A stretch of DNA of 64,000 nucleotides, taken from NCBI GenBank assembly GCA_041746575.1, contig JBGTGT010000120.1, forward strand, positions 11,339-75,338, given 5' to 3'. A program made the position numbers and the translations under genes. The notes under the pieces were generated by a model that made no database searches, was not told where the DNA came from, and saw only the letters and a program-made list of their open reading frames with translations. Source of the DNA: Microcystaceae cyanobacterium (lineage in GTDB: Bacteria > Cyanobacteriota > Cyanobacteriia > Cyanobacteriales > Microcystaceae). This document shows, piece by piece, positions 22,814 to 33,932 of this stretch; the stretch's first letter is position 1; every line of letters begins with the position of its first letter.

Positions 22814-23908
22814 TTAAGCTTTAACGCTATCAATTGCTGCTTTAATCAGCGTTGAATCGACATCATCGGTTATAAATACTTTCCCAATGCTCTGCGGTAA
22901 AATAAACCGCACTTTACCCCCTTTTACTTTCTTGTCATAGTGTAATAATTCGAGAATTCGATCAGTTTCTATTGTTGAGGGGATTGCGGTTAGTAGCCCT
23001 GTTCTTTGAATAAGGTTAAATTGACGTTCTTCTGCTTCTTGTGTCCACAATCCCATCAAAGTGGCCAATTTTCCGACGGCAATCATGCCTAAACCAACTG
23101 CCTCTCCGTGATTGATTTCGCTATATCCTGTCAAACTTTCAATGGCATGACCAATTGTGTGACCATAGTTCAAAATTGCTCTTAATCCTGCTTCTTTCTC
23201 ATCCTGACTCACGACGTCTACCTTTGCTTGACAAGAGCGAGTAATCAGATTATCTAGCAAGGAATCGGGAATAGCACTCAATTGATCTAAACTTACCGCT
23301 TTTTCTAGTTCTGTAAACAGCATTTTGTCCCAAATTACGCCATATTTAATGACTTCTGCCATGCCTGCCCGAAATTCTCGCAGGGGTAAAGTTTTGAGAA
23401 CCACCGGATCAATATAAACCAGCTTCGGTTGATAAAACGCCCCAATCAAGTTTTTTCCTTGAGGATGATTAACCCCTGTTTTACCGCCAATCGACGCATC
23501 CACCATCGCCAGTAGAGAGGTAGGAATTTGGATAAAATGAATGCCCCTCAACCATGTGGCCGCCGCAAACCCTGTCATATCGCCGATCACTCCTCCGCCT
23601 AACGCTATCATCGTTGAACTTCGTTCGAGGCGGTTTTTTAGGGCAGTGTCATATATCTCTGCAATCGTACCTAGGGTTTTATAACGCTCTCCTGACGGAA
23701 TCAAGTGATGGCTCACCTCAAAACCCGCTTTTGTGAGAGAGTGGCTGATAATATCGCCGTAAACCCTAAAAATTTCTGGATTAGAAACGATTAAGATTTT
23801 TTTGCCTAAGCTCAAAAGATTGACATAATTAGAAATTTGTGGTAAAGAATCCGCTAAAATCTGGATAGAGTAGGCCGTTTGGGGAAGAGAAACGAGAAGG
23901 GTAGTCAT
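22814..23908 (-). CDS. aroB: 3-dehydroquinate synthase
   Basis: [36 protein letters not shown]. Confidence 0.96.
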   Translation of the reverse strand: MTTLLVSLPQTAYSIQILADSLPQISNYVNLLSLGKKILIVSNPEIFRVYGDIISHSLTKAGFEVSHHLIPSGERYKTLGTIAEIYDTALKNRLERSSTMIALGGGVIGDMTGFAAATWLRGIHFIQIPTSLLAMVDASIGGKTGVNHPQGKNLIGAFYQPKLVYIDPVVLKTLPLREFRAGMAEVIKYGVIWDKMLFTELEKAVSLDQLSAIPDSLLDNLITRSCQAKVDVVSQDEKEAGLRAILNYGHTIGHAIESLTGYSEINHGEAVGLGMIAVGKLATLMGLWTQEAEERQFNLIQRTGLLTAIPSTIETDRILELLHYDKKVKGGKVRFILPQSIGKVFITDDVDSTLIKAAIDSVKA

Positions 23909-23992
23909 AATCCACAGAAAACAATTAACGAAGCAGTCGCCCCAAGAGTACAATAACAAACTATATCGTGCTATTTGGAGTTAGGTTTAACC

Positions 23993-24094
23993 ATGTCAAT
24001 TTTTGCAGTTGCCGCCTTTATGGGTTATTTAATCGCTTTTACGGTCATTGCGCTCGGACTTTTCTTTGCTTTTCGTTCTATTAAGCTAATTTAG
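23993..24094 (+). CDS. petL: Cytochrome b6f subunit VI PetL (absent from the ORF track)
   Basis: 33-aa TM peptide MSIFAVAAFMGYLIAFTVIALGLFFAFRSIKLI with the PetL-type C-terminus LFFxxRxIKLI; GGAG RBS; divergent from aroB. Confidence 0.85.
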   Translation: MSIFAVAAFMGYLIAFTVIALGLFFAFRSIKLI

Positions 24095-24257
24095 TGTTTG
24101 GGTGTTAGGGGTTAGGGAAGGGTTTACATCGTTTATTACTCAATTGATGACAATCCACTTTAGACGATCCTTCTCCCTCGCCCCTTCTGGCAACATACCC
24201 TTGAAAGCGTTATGCTCATAGACATTACACCCCAAACTGTTTATTGATCCTACAGCA

Positions 24258-25475
24258 ATGGATACCCGTGAATCTGTCAAGATGGCTCTATCGTCCATCA
24301 ACACACAAAAACTCCGCAGTCTCCTCACCATGTTGGGAATTGCCATCGGTAACGCTTCAGTCATTGCGATGGTTGCTGTCGGTCAAGGGGCGCAAGAATT
24401 AGCCAAAAAACAATTTGAATCTCTCGGAGCAGATATTTTATTTGTTACTTTAAGCTCCAGCCGCGTTAGACGCACTCTTTCTTCTAATGCTAAACCCTTG
24501 CTTCTGGAAGATGCCAAAGCGATCGCGACACAAGTCCGAAGCGTCGCAGAAATCTCGCCCGAACGTCATAGCGATCAACTCTTGACCTATCGAGATCAGA
24601 ATTTAAATGTGCAAGTCGTGGGAACAACGCCAGAATACCTGAGTGTTCGTAACTATAGCATGGCTGAAGGTCGCTTTTTCAATGAAATTGACCTAAAACG
24701 GAATCATCGCGTGGTAATCTTGGGGGCAGAAATTGCTACTCGTCTATTTGGCCGGCAAAATCCCGTCGGTCAATCCCTGCGCATCCGTAACAGCAATTTT
24801 ACGATTATTGGAGTTACACAGTCAAAAGGTGTATTATTTGGAGAAAATCAAGATAATAATGTAATTGTTCCCTTAACGACGCTTAGTTCCTATCTGACTC
24901 GCTGGAAATCGCCTTATGGGACGCCGATTAGTTTGATTGCCCTAACGGCAACTGATCCCCGTCAACTTCGTTCGGTGCAGTTTCAGGTGAAAAATTTGAT
25001 GCGATTACGTCATCCGGTTACGACGGAAGATGATCTCAACGTCTATGCCCAACAGTTAGTTTTAGATAAAGTAAAAGAAACAGAGGCCGGTTTAACCCGA
25101 ATGTTAGCAGCGATCGCCAGTATTTCCCTCTTAGTAGGCGGCATTGGGGTGATGAATATTATGTTGGTTTCTGTCACGGAGAGAACGCAGGAAATTGGTT
25201 TAAGAAAAGCGATCGGCGCAAGAGAGGAGGATATTCTCGTTCAATTTCTCATTGAAGCCATTTTACTGGCCACCTTAGGGGGATTTTTGGGCATTGGTGC
25301 GGGAGTTGGCGGAATTAAAATAGCAAGTCACTTAACCGAATTAGCCGCTAAAATTTCCCCTACGTCGATTGTGGTGGCTATTGGCGTGTCAAGCGGGATT
25401 GGTTTATGTTTTGGTGTAATTCCCGCAAAAAGAGCCGCTCAGTTGGATCCGATTGTGGCGCTACGTCGCTCTTAA
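24258..25475 (+). CDS. MacB/FtsX-type ABC transporter permease
   Basis: LRSLLTMLGIAIG, GGIGVMNIMLVSVTERTQEIGLRKAIGA, PAKRAAQLDPI. Confidence 0.92.
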   Translation: MDTRESVKMALSSINTQKLRSLLTMLGIAIGNASVIAMVAVGQGAQELAKKQFESLGADILFVTLSSSRVRRTLSSNAKPLLLEDAKAIATQVRSVAEISPERHSDQLLTYRDQNLNVQVVGTTPEYLSVRNYSMAEGRFFNEIDLKRNHRVVILGAEIATRLFGRQNPVGQSLRIRNSNFTIIGVTQSKGVLFGENQDNNVIVPLTTLSSYLTRWKSPYGTPISLIALTATDPRQLRSVQFQVKNLMRLRHPVTTEDDLNVYAQQLVLDKVKETEAGLTRMLAAIASISLLVGGIGVMNIMLVSVTERTQEIGLRKAIGAREEDILVQFLIEAILLATLGGFLGIGAGVGGIKIASHLTELAAKISPTSIVVAIGVSSGIGLCFGVIPAKRAAQLDPIVALRRS

Positions 25476-25674
25476 GCAAGAGAGAGGAAAAGCTACGGAT
25501 TACCGTACTTAAACGCTGAGTAAATGTTACAAATTAAAAAGGTTCAATCTTCTTTCCTATCTCACAAGTGTGAACCCACTGAGAAATTCAACGTCTCATT
25601 GATTTAGCTCAATCCTTTTGATAGATAGGCTTTTAGCTGTTACCCTTCCTGAGAAGGATTTCCGCTTTTCGCCA

Positions 25675-25704
25675 TTGACAAAGCCAAGTTGTTTATTTTA
25701 AGTT
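25675..25704 (+). promoter_or_regulatory. Sigma70-type promoter of the glycosyltransferase gene
   Basis: TTGACA (25675-25680), 18-bp spacer, TAAGTT (25699-25704). Confidence 0.55.
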
Positions 25705-25708
25705 AATA

Positions 25709-25853
25709 ATGAACTCACTTAAGTTACCTTTTTGGTGATCTCGTATACTGTAAGTTAGGCTCATGTGAGTCTATGATCAGCCCAAGTGAGCATCGTCTTT
25801 GACCTGTAATCAGGATTAACCTCACATCTATTAAGTCAAATCAGTCAAAGGAG
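25709..25853 (+). promoter_or_regulatory. Candidate structured cis-regulatory 5' UTR
   Basis: Multi-stem junction plus CTTTGAC/GTCAAAG pairing overlapping the RBS (see findings). Confidence 0.5.
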
Positions 25854-25860
25854 AAAACCA

Positions 25861-27129
25861 ATGGCACCCCAGAAGCGTATCGCCCTTATCTCCGTTCATG
25901 GAGACCCTGCTATCGAGATTGGGAAAGAAGAAGCCGGTGGTCAAAATGTATATGTTCGACAGGTTGGGGAAGCCTTAGCCCATCAAGGATGGCAAGTAGA
26001 TATGTTTACCCGCAAAACCAGTCAAGAGCAAGCGACTATCGTCAACCATCTTTCCAATTGTCGAACGATTCGCCTAACGGCTGGGCCTGAAGACTTTGTA
26101 CCGAGAGACGAAATATTTGACTATCTGCCTGAATTTGTGCAATCGCTACGTCAATTTCAGCAAGATCAAGGCATTAAGTATCATCTGGTTCATACCAACT
26201 ACTGGTTATCGGCTTGGGTGGGCATGGAATTAAAGAAATATCAACCCATTCAACAGATTCACACCTACCACTCCCTAGGCGTCATTAAATATCAATCCGT
26301 GACCGATATCCCCCCCATTGCCAATACTCGCTTAGCAGTAGAAAAAGAGTGTTTAGAAACGGCGGAAACGATTGTTGCCACTAGCCCCCAAGAAAAAGAC
26401 CACATGAGACAGTTTATGTCCGATCAAGGCAATATTAAAGTGATTCCGTGTGGAACAGATATTGAGCGTTTTGGAGCCTATTCTAGCGCAAAAGCTCGCT
26501 TAAAATTGGGCATTCCTAAATCCAGCTTAATGGTTCTCTACGTCGGACGCTTTGACGAACGGAAAGGGATTGAAACTCTCGTCAGAGGCTTAGGAAAATC
26601 CATTTTCCCCGGTTTAGCAGATATTCGCCTTGTGATCGTCGGTGGTTGGCGAGACGGACAAAAAGACGGTCAAGAAAAAGCCCGCATTGAAGGCATTACT
26701 CAAGAATTAGGCTTAGAAAACTATGTCACTTTTGCCGGACAGAAAAGCCACGAAGAATTGCCCTTATATTATGCGGCCGCAAATGTATGTGTCGTACCGA
26801 GTCATTATGAACCTTTTGGTTTAGTGGCGATTGAAGCCATGGCTAGTGCAACCCCCGTCATTGCTTCCAATGTGGGGGGTTTAAAATATACGGTTATTCC
26901 CGAAAAAACAGGATTACTTTGCCCTCCGAAAGATGAGGACGCTTTTACTGAAGCGATTGACCGCATTCTTAAAGATAGTGCATGGCAAGCGGAATTGGGT
27001 AAAGCGGCCCGTCATCGTGTTGAAGACCACTTTAGCTGGTACGGGGTAGCCCGTCAACTGAGTGAATTATATAGTGGCTTAGAGAGCAAAGACGCAGCAA
27101 AACCCGAACCAATGGTTCTTACTGCCTAA
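25861..27129 (+). CDS. GT4 glycosyltransferase, sucrose-phosphate synthase-like (single GT domain)
   Basis: RIALISVHGDP..EAGGQNVYV, HTNYWLS, YEPFGLVAIEAMA. Confidence 0.85.
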   Translation: MAPQKRIALISVHGDPAIEIGKEEAGGQNVYVRQVGEALAHQGWQVDMFTRKTSQEQATIVNHLSNCRTIRLTAGPEDFVPRDEIFDYLPEFVQSLRQFQQDQGIKYHLVHTNYWLSAWVGMELKKYQPIQQIHTYHSLGVIKYQSVTDIPPIANTRLAVEKECLETAETIVATSPQEKDHMRQFMSDQGNIKVIPCGTDIERFGAYSSAKARLKLGIPKSSLMVLYVGRFDERKGIETLVRGLGKSIFPGLADIRLVIVGGWRDGQKDGQEKARIEGITQELGLENYVTFAGQKSHEELPLYYAAANVCVVPSHYEPFGLVAIEAMASATPVIASNVGGLKYTVIPEKTGLLCPPKDEDAFTEAIDRILKDSAWQAELGKAARHRVEDHFSWYGVARQLSELYSGLESKDAAKPEPMVLTA

Positions 27130-27154
27130 AAAACCTTTCTATCTTTCGTATTTG

Positions 27155-27181
27155 GGGCTACTTCAACCATAGCCCTTTTTT
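27155..27181 (+). terminator. Intrinsic terminator
   Basis: GGGCTA...TAGCCC followed by TTTTTT. Confidence 0.65.
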
Positions 27182-27307
27182 ATCTTCTTGAATTCACGAT
27201 TTTGTTGAGCAAACAGGATACAATATTTCTAAGAAAATGTAGGCGCTCTATCTTCTAGACCTTGCCGAATTTTTGCTCATTGATTCAAGCCTCATGGGAA
27301 CACGAAC

Positions 27308-28642
27308 ATGGAGTTTCTACCGACCGATATCTCTCCTCAGTTTTTTGATAACCTTGCGGATGACTACGGCTTATCCCAAGCCGAGTTAGAGGTTTTTTCC
27401 TTAGTTTTACAAGTAGAATCTCCCAGTGCTATTGCTGATACGCTTTCCCTAACCAATACGGTGGTGCGAAAACGCTTGAGTAACGTCTATAGTAAAGTCG
27501 GCATTGAAGGCCAAGGTCCGGTTAAGTTCGCTAAATTGCAAAAGCGGCTTATTTCAGATTATAGTAGGCGATTTGATAAGATATCAGAGACTAACGGCTC
27601 AACTCAGCCCCCAAATGCCCTTTCGCCCTCTTCTTCTCAACCGAATTCGATTGATTGGAATACTGCCCCCGACGTTTCTCGCTTCACCGGACGAACGCAA
27701 GAACTGAGTTTACTTAATTATTGGATGATTGAACAGCAATGTCGCTTAGTCGGTATTTTTGGGCTACAGGGCATCGGCAAGACAACTTTAACCATGAAGA
27801 TTGCGCAACAAGTCCAAGAACAGTTTGAGTATATTGTTTGGCGTTCTTTGGTGCAAGTTCCCCCTCCTCATCTTTTATTTAGTCAATTAATTGAGTTTTT
27901 TTATCAACAACAAAATTTAACCTACCAACCCGGTAAACGCAATCTCAATGAGCAAATTATCTGGTTAACTTCCTATCTGCGATCGCATCGTTGTCTGATT
28001 ATTTTAGATGGGTTTGATGTTTTATTCAAGAAAGAAGCTTTAGCAGGAACATATCGCAAAGGCTACGAAGCTTATGGTCAATTTCTTTGGCGTTTTGCCC
28101 ATGAATCCTCTAAAAGTTGTTGTTTAGTTACTTCTCGTGAGAAAAGTCGAGAATTATCGGTATTAGAAGAAACGGACGGAAAAGTCCACTCCTTATCCCT
28201 TAAAGGCTTGGATGATGGGGCTTACTCTCTCTTAGAAAATAAATCCCTTTTTAAGCAAGAATCATGGCATGAATTTATTAATATTTATCAAGGGAATCCT
28301 TTGATGTTAAAATTAGCCGCCATGACGATACAAGAAGTTTTCGAGGGAAATGTGGCGGATTTTTTGGCAACCACTCGATTAACTGAAGAAATTACCACCT
28401 TAATTACCGATATTCTCACCCGTTTATCCTCTTTAGAGTATCGCATTATTACTGTGATGGGACGTGAAGAAGAAAGTACCCCTATTCGACACCTTCAACG
28501 ACATTTATCCGGCGTAGCGGCGAAAGATACCTTACAAGGAATTCAATCGCTCAAAATGCGTTCTTTGATCGAAAATACCACAGAAGGTTTTCGTTTGATG
28601 CCTTTAGTAAAAGAAGTGATTCAAGCTAAGTTGACGGAATAA
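27308..28642 (+). CDS. HTH + NB-ARC/STAND P-loop NTPase with no C-terminal repeats
   Basis: LuxR-like N-terminus (VRKRLSNVYSKVGI), DWNTAPDVSRFTGR, Walker A GLQGIGKT, LIILDG, GNPLMLKL. Confidence 0.8.
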   Translation: MEFLPTDISPQFFDNLADDYGLSQAELEVFSLVLQVESPSAIADTLSLTNTVVRKRLSNVYSKVGIEGQGPVKFAKLQKRLISDYSRRFDKISETNGSTQPPNALSPSSSQPNSIDWNTAPDVSRFTGRTQELSLLNYWMIEQQCRLVGIFGLQGIGKTTLTMKIAQQVQEQFEYIVWRSLVQVPPPHLLFSQLIEFFYQQQNLTYQPGKRNLNEQIIWLTSYLRSHRCLIILDGFDVLFKKEALAGTYRKGYEAYGQFLWRFAHESSKSCCLVTSREKSRELSVLEETDGKVHSLSLKGLDDGAYSLLENKSLFKQESWHEFINIYQGNPLMLKLAAMTIQEVFEGNVADFLATTRLTEEITTLITDILTRLSSLEYRIITVMGREEESTPIRHLQRHLSGVAAKDTLQGIQSLKMRSLIENTTEGFRLMPLVKEVIQAKLTE

Positions 28643-28662
28643 ATGAGCAATTTTAGCTGACA

Positions 28663-29187
28663 TTAAAGCAAATCAAATTGAGATGAATAATAGACATTTC
28701 CCTGACATCGAGTCAAGATTCCAGTCGTTAATTCTTTGACCATAAAAGCTTCTTCTGGGACAGAATAAGGCAATCCAAGGTTAGACTGAAGAGCAGTTTT
28801 AAAGCCAAATCGTTGATAAAAATCGGGATAACCTAAAACGACGATTAAATCCTGTTGCTGTTGTTCACAGTCTTTTAATCCCTGAGAGACTAAGGCAGAA
28901 CCAATCCCTTGTTTTTGATAAAGCGGTAAAACGCCCAGAGGAGCCAGTCCCAGACTTTTTAGACCATCGGGAGATGACGCTATCCTAACAGGACTAAAGA
29001 GAATATGACCGATAATGGTATCCTCAATGATTGCTACTAAAGCGCAAAAAATTTCGTTATTTTTTCGTAAATGATTGACTAATTCTGCTTCACTATTTCG
29101 CCGAAAAATTTGACAATAAAGCTGGTAAACTCCTTCATAATCTTGTGAATTTTCAGATCGAATATGATACAATTGATTGTGAATCAT
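28663..29187 (-). CDS. GNAT N-acetyltransferase (YhbS-like)
   Basis: LAPLGVLPLYQKQGIGSALV and VLGYPDFYQRFGF. Confidence 0.88.
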   Translation of the reverse strand: MIHNQLYHIRSENSQDYEGVYQLYCQIFRRNSEAELVNHLRKNNEIFCALVAIIEDTIIGHILFSPVRIASSPDGLKSLGLAPLGVLPLYQKQGIGSALVSQGLKDCEQQQQDLIVVLGYPDFYQRFGFKTALQSNLGLPYSVPEEAFMVKELTTGILTRCQGNVYYSSQFDLL

Positions 29188-29257
29188 TGTTCAAAGTTTT
29201 AGAATTAGAGAAGCTTTATGATAATATAATTTTAGCATTTATAATTGATTATTTGTT

Positions 29258-30091
29258 ATGTCTTTTCAATTTGAATCACCAGGGCCGATTATTTTTCAAT
29301 TAGGGCCAATTGCCGTTCGTTGGTATGGTTTATTAATTGCTTCTGCGGTTTTAATCGGTGTAAATTTGTCCCAATATTTAGCAAAAAAGCGACAGGTAAA
29401 CCCCGATTTGATGGGCGATTTAGTAATTTGGTTGATTCTGGGTGCAATTCCCTGCGCTCGATTATATTATGTTCTTTTTCAATGGCAAGAATATGTAAAC
29501 CGTCCGGCGGATATTGTTGCGATTTGGAAGGGGGGAATTGCCATTCATGGAGCCATTATTGGCGGCACAATTGCAACTCTTCTTTTTGCAAAATATCACA
29601 AGATTTCAGTCTGGCAATTGATAGATTTAGTGGTTCCTTCTTTGGCGTTAGGACAAGCTATCGGCCGCTGGGGAAATTTCTTCAATTCAGAAGCATTTGG
29701 TCGTCCGACTGATTTAGCATGGAAGCTGTATATTCCTATCGAAAATCGCCCTTTAGGGTATCAAACTGCTGAATATTTTCACCCTACCTTTTTGTATGAA
29801 TCTATTTGGAATGTTGGGGTATTTATTCTCTTAATTTATCTCTTTTTTTGGGGGCTAAAGCATCCTCATAAATTTAAAGTAGGGACTTTATCCTGTGTTT
29901 ATTTAATGGCTTATAGCTTGGGACGTTTCTGGATTGAAGGGTTGAGAATGGATAGTTTGATGTTAGGCTCCCTAAGAGTAGCGCAGGTGATTAGCTTAGG
30001 GTTAATCGGTCTAGGAATATACGGATTAGTCTGGTTATATTATTATCAACGTTCTCTACCTGATATCAAGGTAGATAGGACGACTTCTTGA
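29258..30091 (+). CDS. lgt: Prolipoprotein diacylglyceryl transferase
   Basis: [33 protein letters not shown]. Confidence 0.96.
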   Translation: MSFQFESPGPIIFQLGPIAVRWYGLLIASAVLIGVNLSQYLAKKRQVNPDLMGDLVIWLILGAIPCARLYYVLFQWQEYVNRPADIVAIWKGGIAIHGAIIGGTIATLLFAKYHKISVWQLIDLVVPSLALGQAIGRWGNFFNSEAFGRPTDLAWKLYIPIENRPLGYQTAEYFHPTFLYESIWNVGVFILLIYLFFWGLKHPHKFKVGTLSCVYLMAYSLGRFWIEGLRMDSLMLGSLRVAQVISLGLIGLGIYGLVWLYYYQRSLPDIKVDRTTS

Positions 30092-30153
30092 TAGAATTGA
30101 GGGTCAATCTATCCGTTTAATCTGATTTGACGGTTTTTACTTCTCATCCATCA

Positions 30154-31152
30154 CTAACTCTTCAGCTTTAAGCGTTGCTTTCGCCATTGAATCCCTTTCC
30201 TAACCATTAGCAATAAAGCAAACCCACTTGAGCTAAAAAGCGAATTAGAGTCTGGGATTTCTGCGATAATATCAACGGATTCAACAATATCTACTTCTGC
30301 ATCTAATGCTGTTAGGGTTTGTGGATCTCCCCGTAGCTGAAGCTGAATGGCGCCAACCTGTGTAAAATCTACTCCGCCACTAAAGAGGGATTTGTTACCT
30401 GTTGCGGCGGTAAATTCCGCTAAGTCATAAAAGAAATTAACCCTTTCATCGAGAATAAGGTTCGGGAAGGTGAAGGAGGCGGTGGAAAAACCCCCGTTAA
30501 TATCCCAAATATTGATAATAACGGCTTCAGATTGGTCTGCACTGGCAAATAAGACGGATATGGCATCTAACTTGTCGTTTTGGGTGATATCAATTCCTCC
30601 TAATCCATTAGTATCCACTGTAGATGAATTATCGTTGCCGTCCCAAGTGACTTCTAATCGGGAAGAGACGTTTGTGTCGTTATTGTAAAAAAGGGTTTGT
30701 GAAACACTCGGTTCTATGACGGCTGAAGCCGCTCTTCGGTTCGTTGTTCCAATGGCATTTGTCAAAAATATATCTCGATAACCCCCAACAACCGTACTGA
30801 AATTACCTTGTTGTGAAAAATCGGAAGGAGGCATCGGGTTAAGCCCTGTCACCTGCACAAATTGGTCGGCACCCGTTACTTCGGAAAAGGTGTCAATCGT
30901 AAAGGGGTTTGCTGCCGTTGGTTGTAAAGCCGAAGAAATGGGGTTTCTTGCCTTGGACAGACGAATGCTTTGATCTTGAGCAGAAAAAGGATTAGCAAGA
31001 GGCGTTTCGTAGGTAAAGGGTAAGGAATCGCCAGAAGAGAGATAGGAGTATGTAAACGATAGGGCTGTTCGGGCGGTATGAGCAGCAGTCACGCCCAAAA
31101 GTCCGATGAGGGAAGTATTGAGGGTAAATTTTAGGGCGGATCTGTTAAACAT
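30154..31152 (-). CDS. Secreted protein with a PEP-CTERM-like sorting tail
   Basis: N-terminal signal-like segment; C-terminus IPDSNS, hydrophobic stretch, then a basic cluster (RKGIQWRKQRLK). Confidence 0.6.
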   Translation of the reverse strand: MFNRSALKFTLNTSLIGLLGVTAAHTARTALSFTYSYLSSGDSLPFTYETPLANPFSAQDQSIRLSKARNPISSALQPTAANPFTIDTFSEVTGADQFVQVTGLNPMPPSDFSQQGNFSTVVGGYRDIFLTNAIGTTNRRAASAVIEPSVSQTLFYNNDTNVSSRLEVTWDGNDNSSTVDTNGLGGIDITQNDKLDAISVLFASADQSEAVIINIWDINGGFSTASFTFPNLILDERVNFFYDLAEFTAATGNKSLFSGGVDFTQVGAIQLQLRGDPQTLTALDAEVDIVESVDIIAEIPDSNSLFSSSGFALLLMVRKGIQWRKQRLKLKS

Positions 31153-31325
31153 TGTTACTTTAAATAAAGTTATATTTAAAACTGTTCGACAGTTTAACAG
31201 AATATTCCTAATTTGGCAAGAGAAAAAACAGAATTATCTACGTTAAATAGAAATGTATGAGGAAAGAATCGTTAATAAACGCAATACATCCTCTTCTTTC
31301 CCCTAAATTGAGACATAATCAGCAA

Positions 31326-31676
31326 TTAAGCTTGAGTCGGTTGTAATAAGCTGAGAAGCGTTCCATCGGGCGATCGCACGGCGGCCACTTTCCCAAAGGA
31401 GGGTTCTCGGATATTTCCTTCCAATTTTGCCCCAAGTTGTTCAAGGTGAGCAAGTGTTGCTTGAATATCTTCGACATGGAAGCTAAGAATCGGCGGATTT
31501 CCCTCTTGTCCATTATTATTGGCCGCATGGAGAGCGATGGTTGTGCCTTGAGCGTCTAATTCTGCCCATCCCGGACTGGACATTTTGACGGTTAAACCCA
31601 GTCCTTCACTGTAGAATTGAACAGAGGATGGAATATCTTTTACCATTAACATGATGTGTTTAAACTGAGCAGTCAT
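31326..31676 (-). CDS. VOC/glyoxalase family protein
   Basis: HIMLMVKD..FYSEGLGL, LSFHVEDI, RSPDG. Confidence 0.85.
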   Translation of the reverse strand: MTAQFKHIMLMVKDIPSSVQFYSEGLGLTVKMSSPGWAELDAQGTTIALHAANNNGQEGNPPILSFHVEDIQATLAHLEQLGAKLEGNIREPSFGKVAAVRSPDGTLLSLLQPTQA

Positions 31677-31727
31677 TATTGCATTTACCCCTTAAAAATT
31701 TCTTTTTAATTATAACCTAAAAACGGC

Positions 31728-33377
31728 TTATCTCAATCGTCCTGAACGAGCAATACTAATCAATAATAGTACCCCGATTAAACTGGCGAAAGCAAATAAA
31801 ACATTACTGATTAAGGACAACTCTGGCGTAGATGCGCCCGTGGAAATAATGGCTGCTCCCATAATTAATGAACCGACAACAATACTAAAAGAAAGACGAT
31901 TAGCAGAGGAATCTAAGCTACGACGTAAGGGTTCTAATTCTTTAAGGCGTAAATTCCATTGTAAGGTTTCTGTGCTTAATCTTTCCAATAACACTTCGGC
32001 TTGTCGAGGGGTTTTTAAAGAAACCGCCTTGAGATCCAAAATCGTTCTTAAAGCAGTTTGTAAGGGGGTATCTCCGATCAGTTGACGACGAAATAAGTCT
32101 GCCAGTAAGGGTTTAATTTCCTCAAATAAATTAACATTAGGATTAAATTGTCGTCCTGCTCCTTCTAAATTGGCTAAACATTTTGCATACAATCCTAAAC
32201 TACCGGGGAGTTTAATTTTATTATCCCGCGCAATTTGGAGACTTTCGTAAACCACTGCGCTAAAATTAAATTGATTTAAACTCAAGTCATAATATTTTCG
32301 CAACATTCGTTCATAGTCTAGTTGTAATCTTTCTAAACTAGGAGGGTTGGGTGATTCGGATAATTCTAAGGTTAATTGGGTACAACTTTGAGCATCTAAA
32401 TCAAAAATTGCCAGTAACAATTCGGTGAGAATTTGTTGGGTTCGAGGATCAATTTTGCCCACCATACCACAATCAATAATCGCCACCCGTCCATCTTCTA
32501 AGTAAAAAATATTACCCGGATGAGGATCAGCGTGAAAAAAGCCATCGATATATAACTGTTCAAAAAAGGCTCTAAATAACAAGCTGGTAATTTCTGCTTT
32601 GCGTTTGTCTAAGGATTGGTCGGTTTTAGGTAGGGATAAGTCTGCTTCTAAAAGAGGTTTTCCATTTAGCCATTCTAAGACTAAAATTTGTTCACAAGTA
32701 TACTCCCAATACACTTTAGGAACAATCACTTTTGTTGGATCAAACCAACGAGTTTTGGCTAAATTCTTGCGCAATTTATCAGTATAAAATCCTTCTTTGG
32801 CAAAATCTAATTCTGAAGTGATTGCCTGACTAATTTCATCCGCTAATTTGACAATATCGTAATTTTGTCCAAAGTCGGTTAATGCCACTAATTCAGCGAT
32901 CGCTTTGATCAAATTAATATCCTGAGAAACCACCCGTTCAATCCCCGGTCTTCTCACTTTAATGGCAACTTCTTGCCCATTTTCGAGGGTTGCTTTGTGA
33001 ATTTGCCCCATCGATCCGGCCGCAATGGGATGGGGATTAATGGTCAGAAAAACCTGATCCAGAGGTTGATTTAACGCCGTTTTTAAAACTTCCTCTATAT
33101 CTGGCCAAGCAACGGGAGGAACATTGGCTTGCAAAGCCGTTAAAGCGTTAATATAATCGGGGGGCAACAGATCGGGTCGAGTGCTTAACAGTTGCCCTAA
33201 TTTGACATAAAAAGGACCGAGTTCAACTAAAATTTTGCGGAGAACTTCAGGAGGCGGAATTTGAGGATTATCGGCTTTACCGACTGTTAACAATCCTCGC
33301 ATATAATCCCAACCATTGCTGAGAACAACATCAACAATTTCCCGTTGGCGGCCAGTGGTTTGAGTGAGAGAAAACAC
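31728..33377 (-). CDS. AarF/ABC1/UbiB family kinase
   Basis: LGPFYVKLGQLLSTRPD, VAIKV, FFHADPHPGN, IDCGM; GTG start inferred. Confidence 0.92.
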   Translation of the reverse strand: MFSLTQTTGRQREIVDVVLSNGWDYMRGLLTVGKADNPQIPPPEVLRKILVELGPFYVKLGQLLSTRPDLLPPDYINALTALQANVPPVAWPDIEEVLKTALNQPLDQVFLTINPHPIAAGSMGQIHKATLENGQEVAIKVRRPGIERVVSQDINLIKAIAELVALTDFGQNYDIVKLADEISQAITSELDFAKEGFYTDKLRKNLAKTRWFDPTKVIVPKVYWEYTCEQILVLEWLNGKPLLEADLSLPKTDQSLDKRKAEITSLLFRAFFEQLYIDGFFHADPHPGNIFYLEDGRVAIIDCGMVGKIDPRTQQILTELLLAIFDLDAQSCTQLTLELSESPNPPSLERLQLDYERMLRKYYDLSLNQFNFSAVVYESLQIARDNKIKLPGSLGLYAKCLANLEGAGRQFNPNVNLFEEIKPLLADLFRRQLIGDTPLQTALRTILDLKAVSLKTPRQAEVLLERLSTETLQWNLRLKELEPLRRSLDSSANRLSFSIVVGSLIMGAAIISTGASTPELSLISNVLFAFASLIGVLLLISIARSGRLR

Positions 33378-33475
33378 GGTGTTAAGGGGGTGAGTGTAGA
33401 TTAGCTTAAAATGAGGGCTAGAAATGTAGTACAAGCGGTAAGGTCTAACGTTAATTTCTTGTCTCTAGAATGTAG

Positions 33476-33916
<441 letters not shown>

Positions 33917-33932
33917 TTTGATAGAAATCGTA

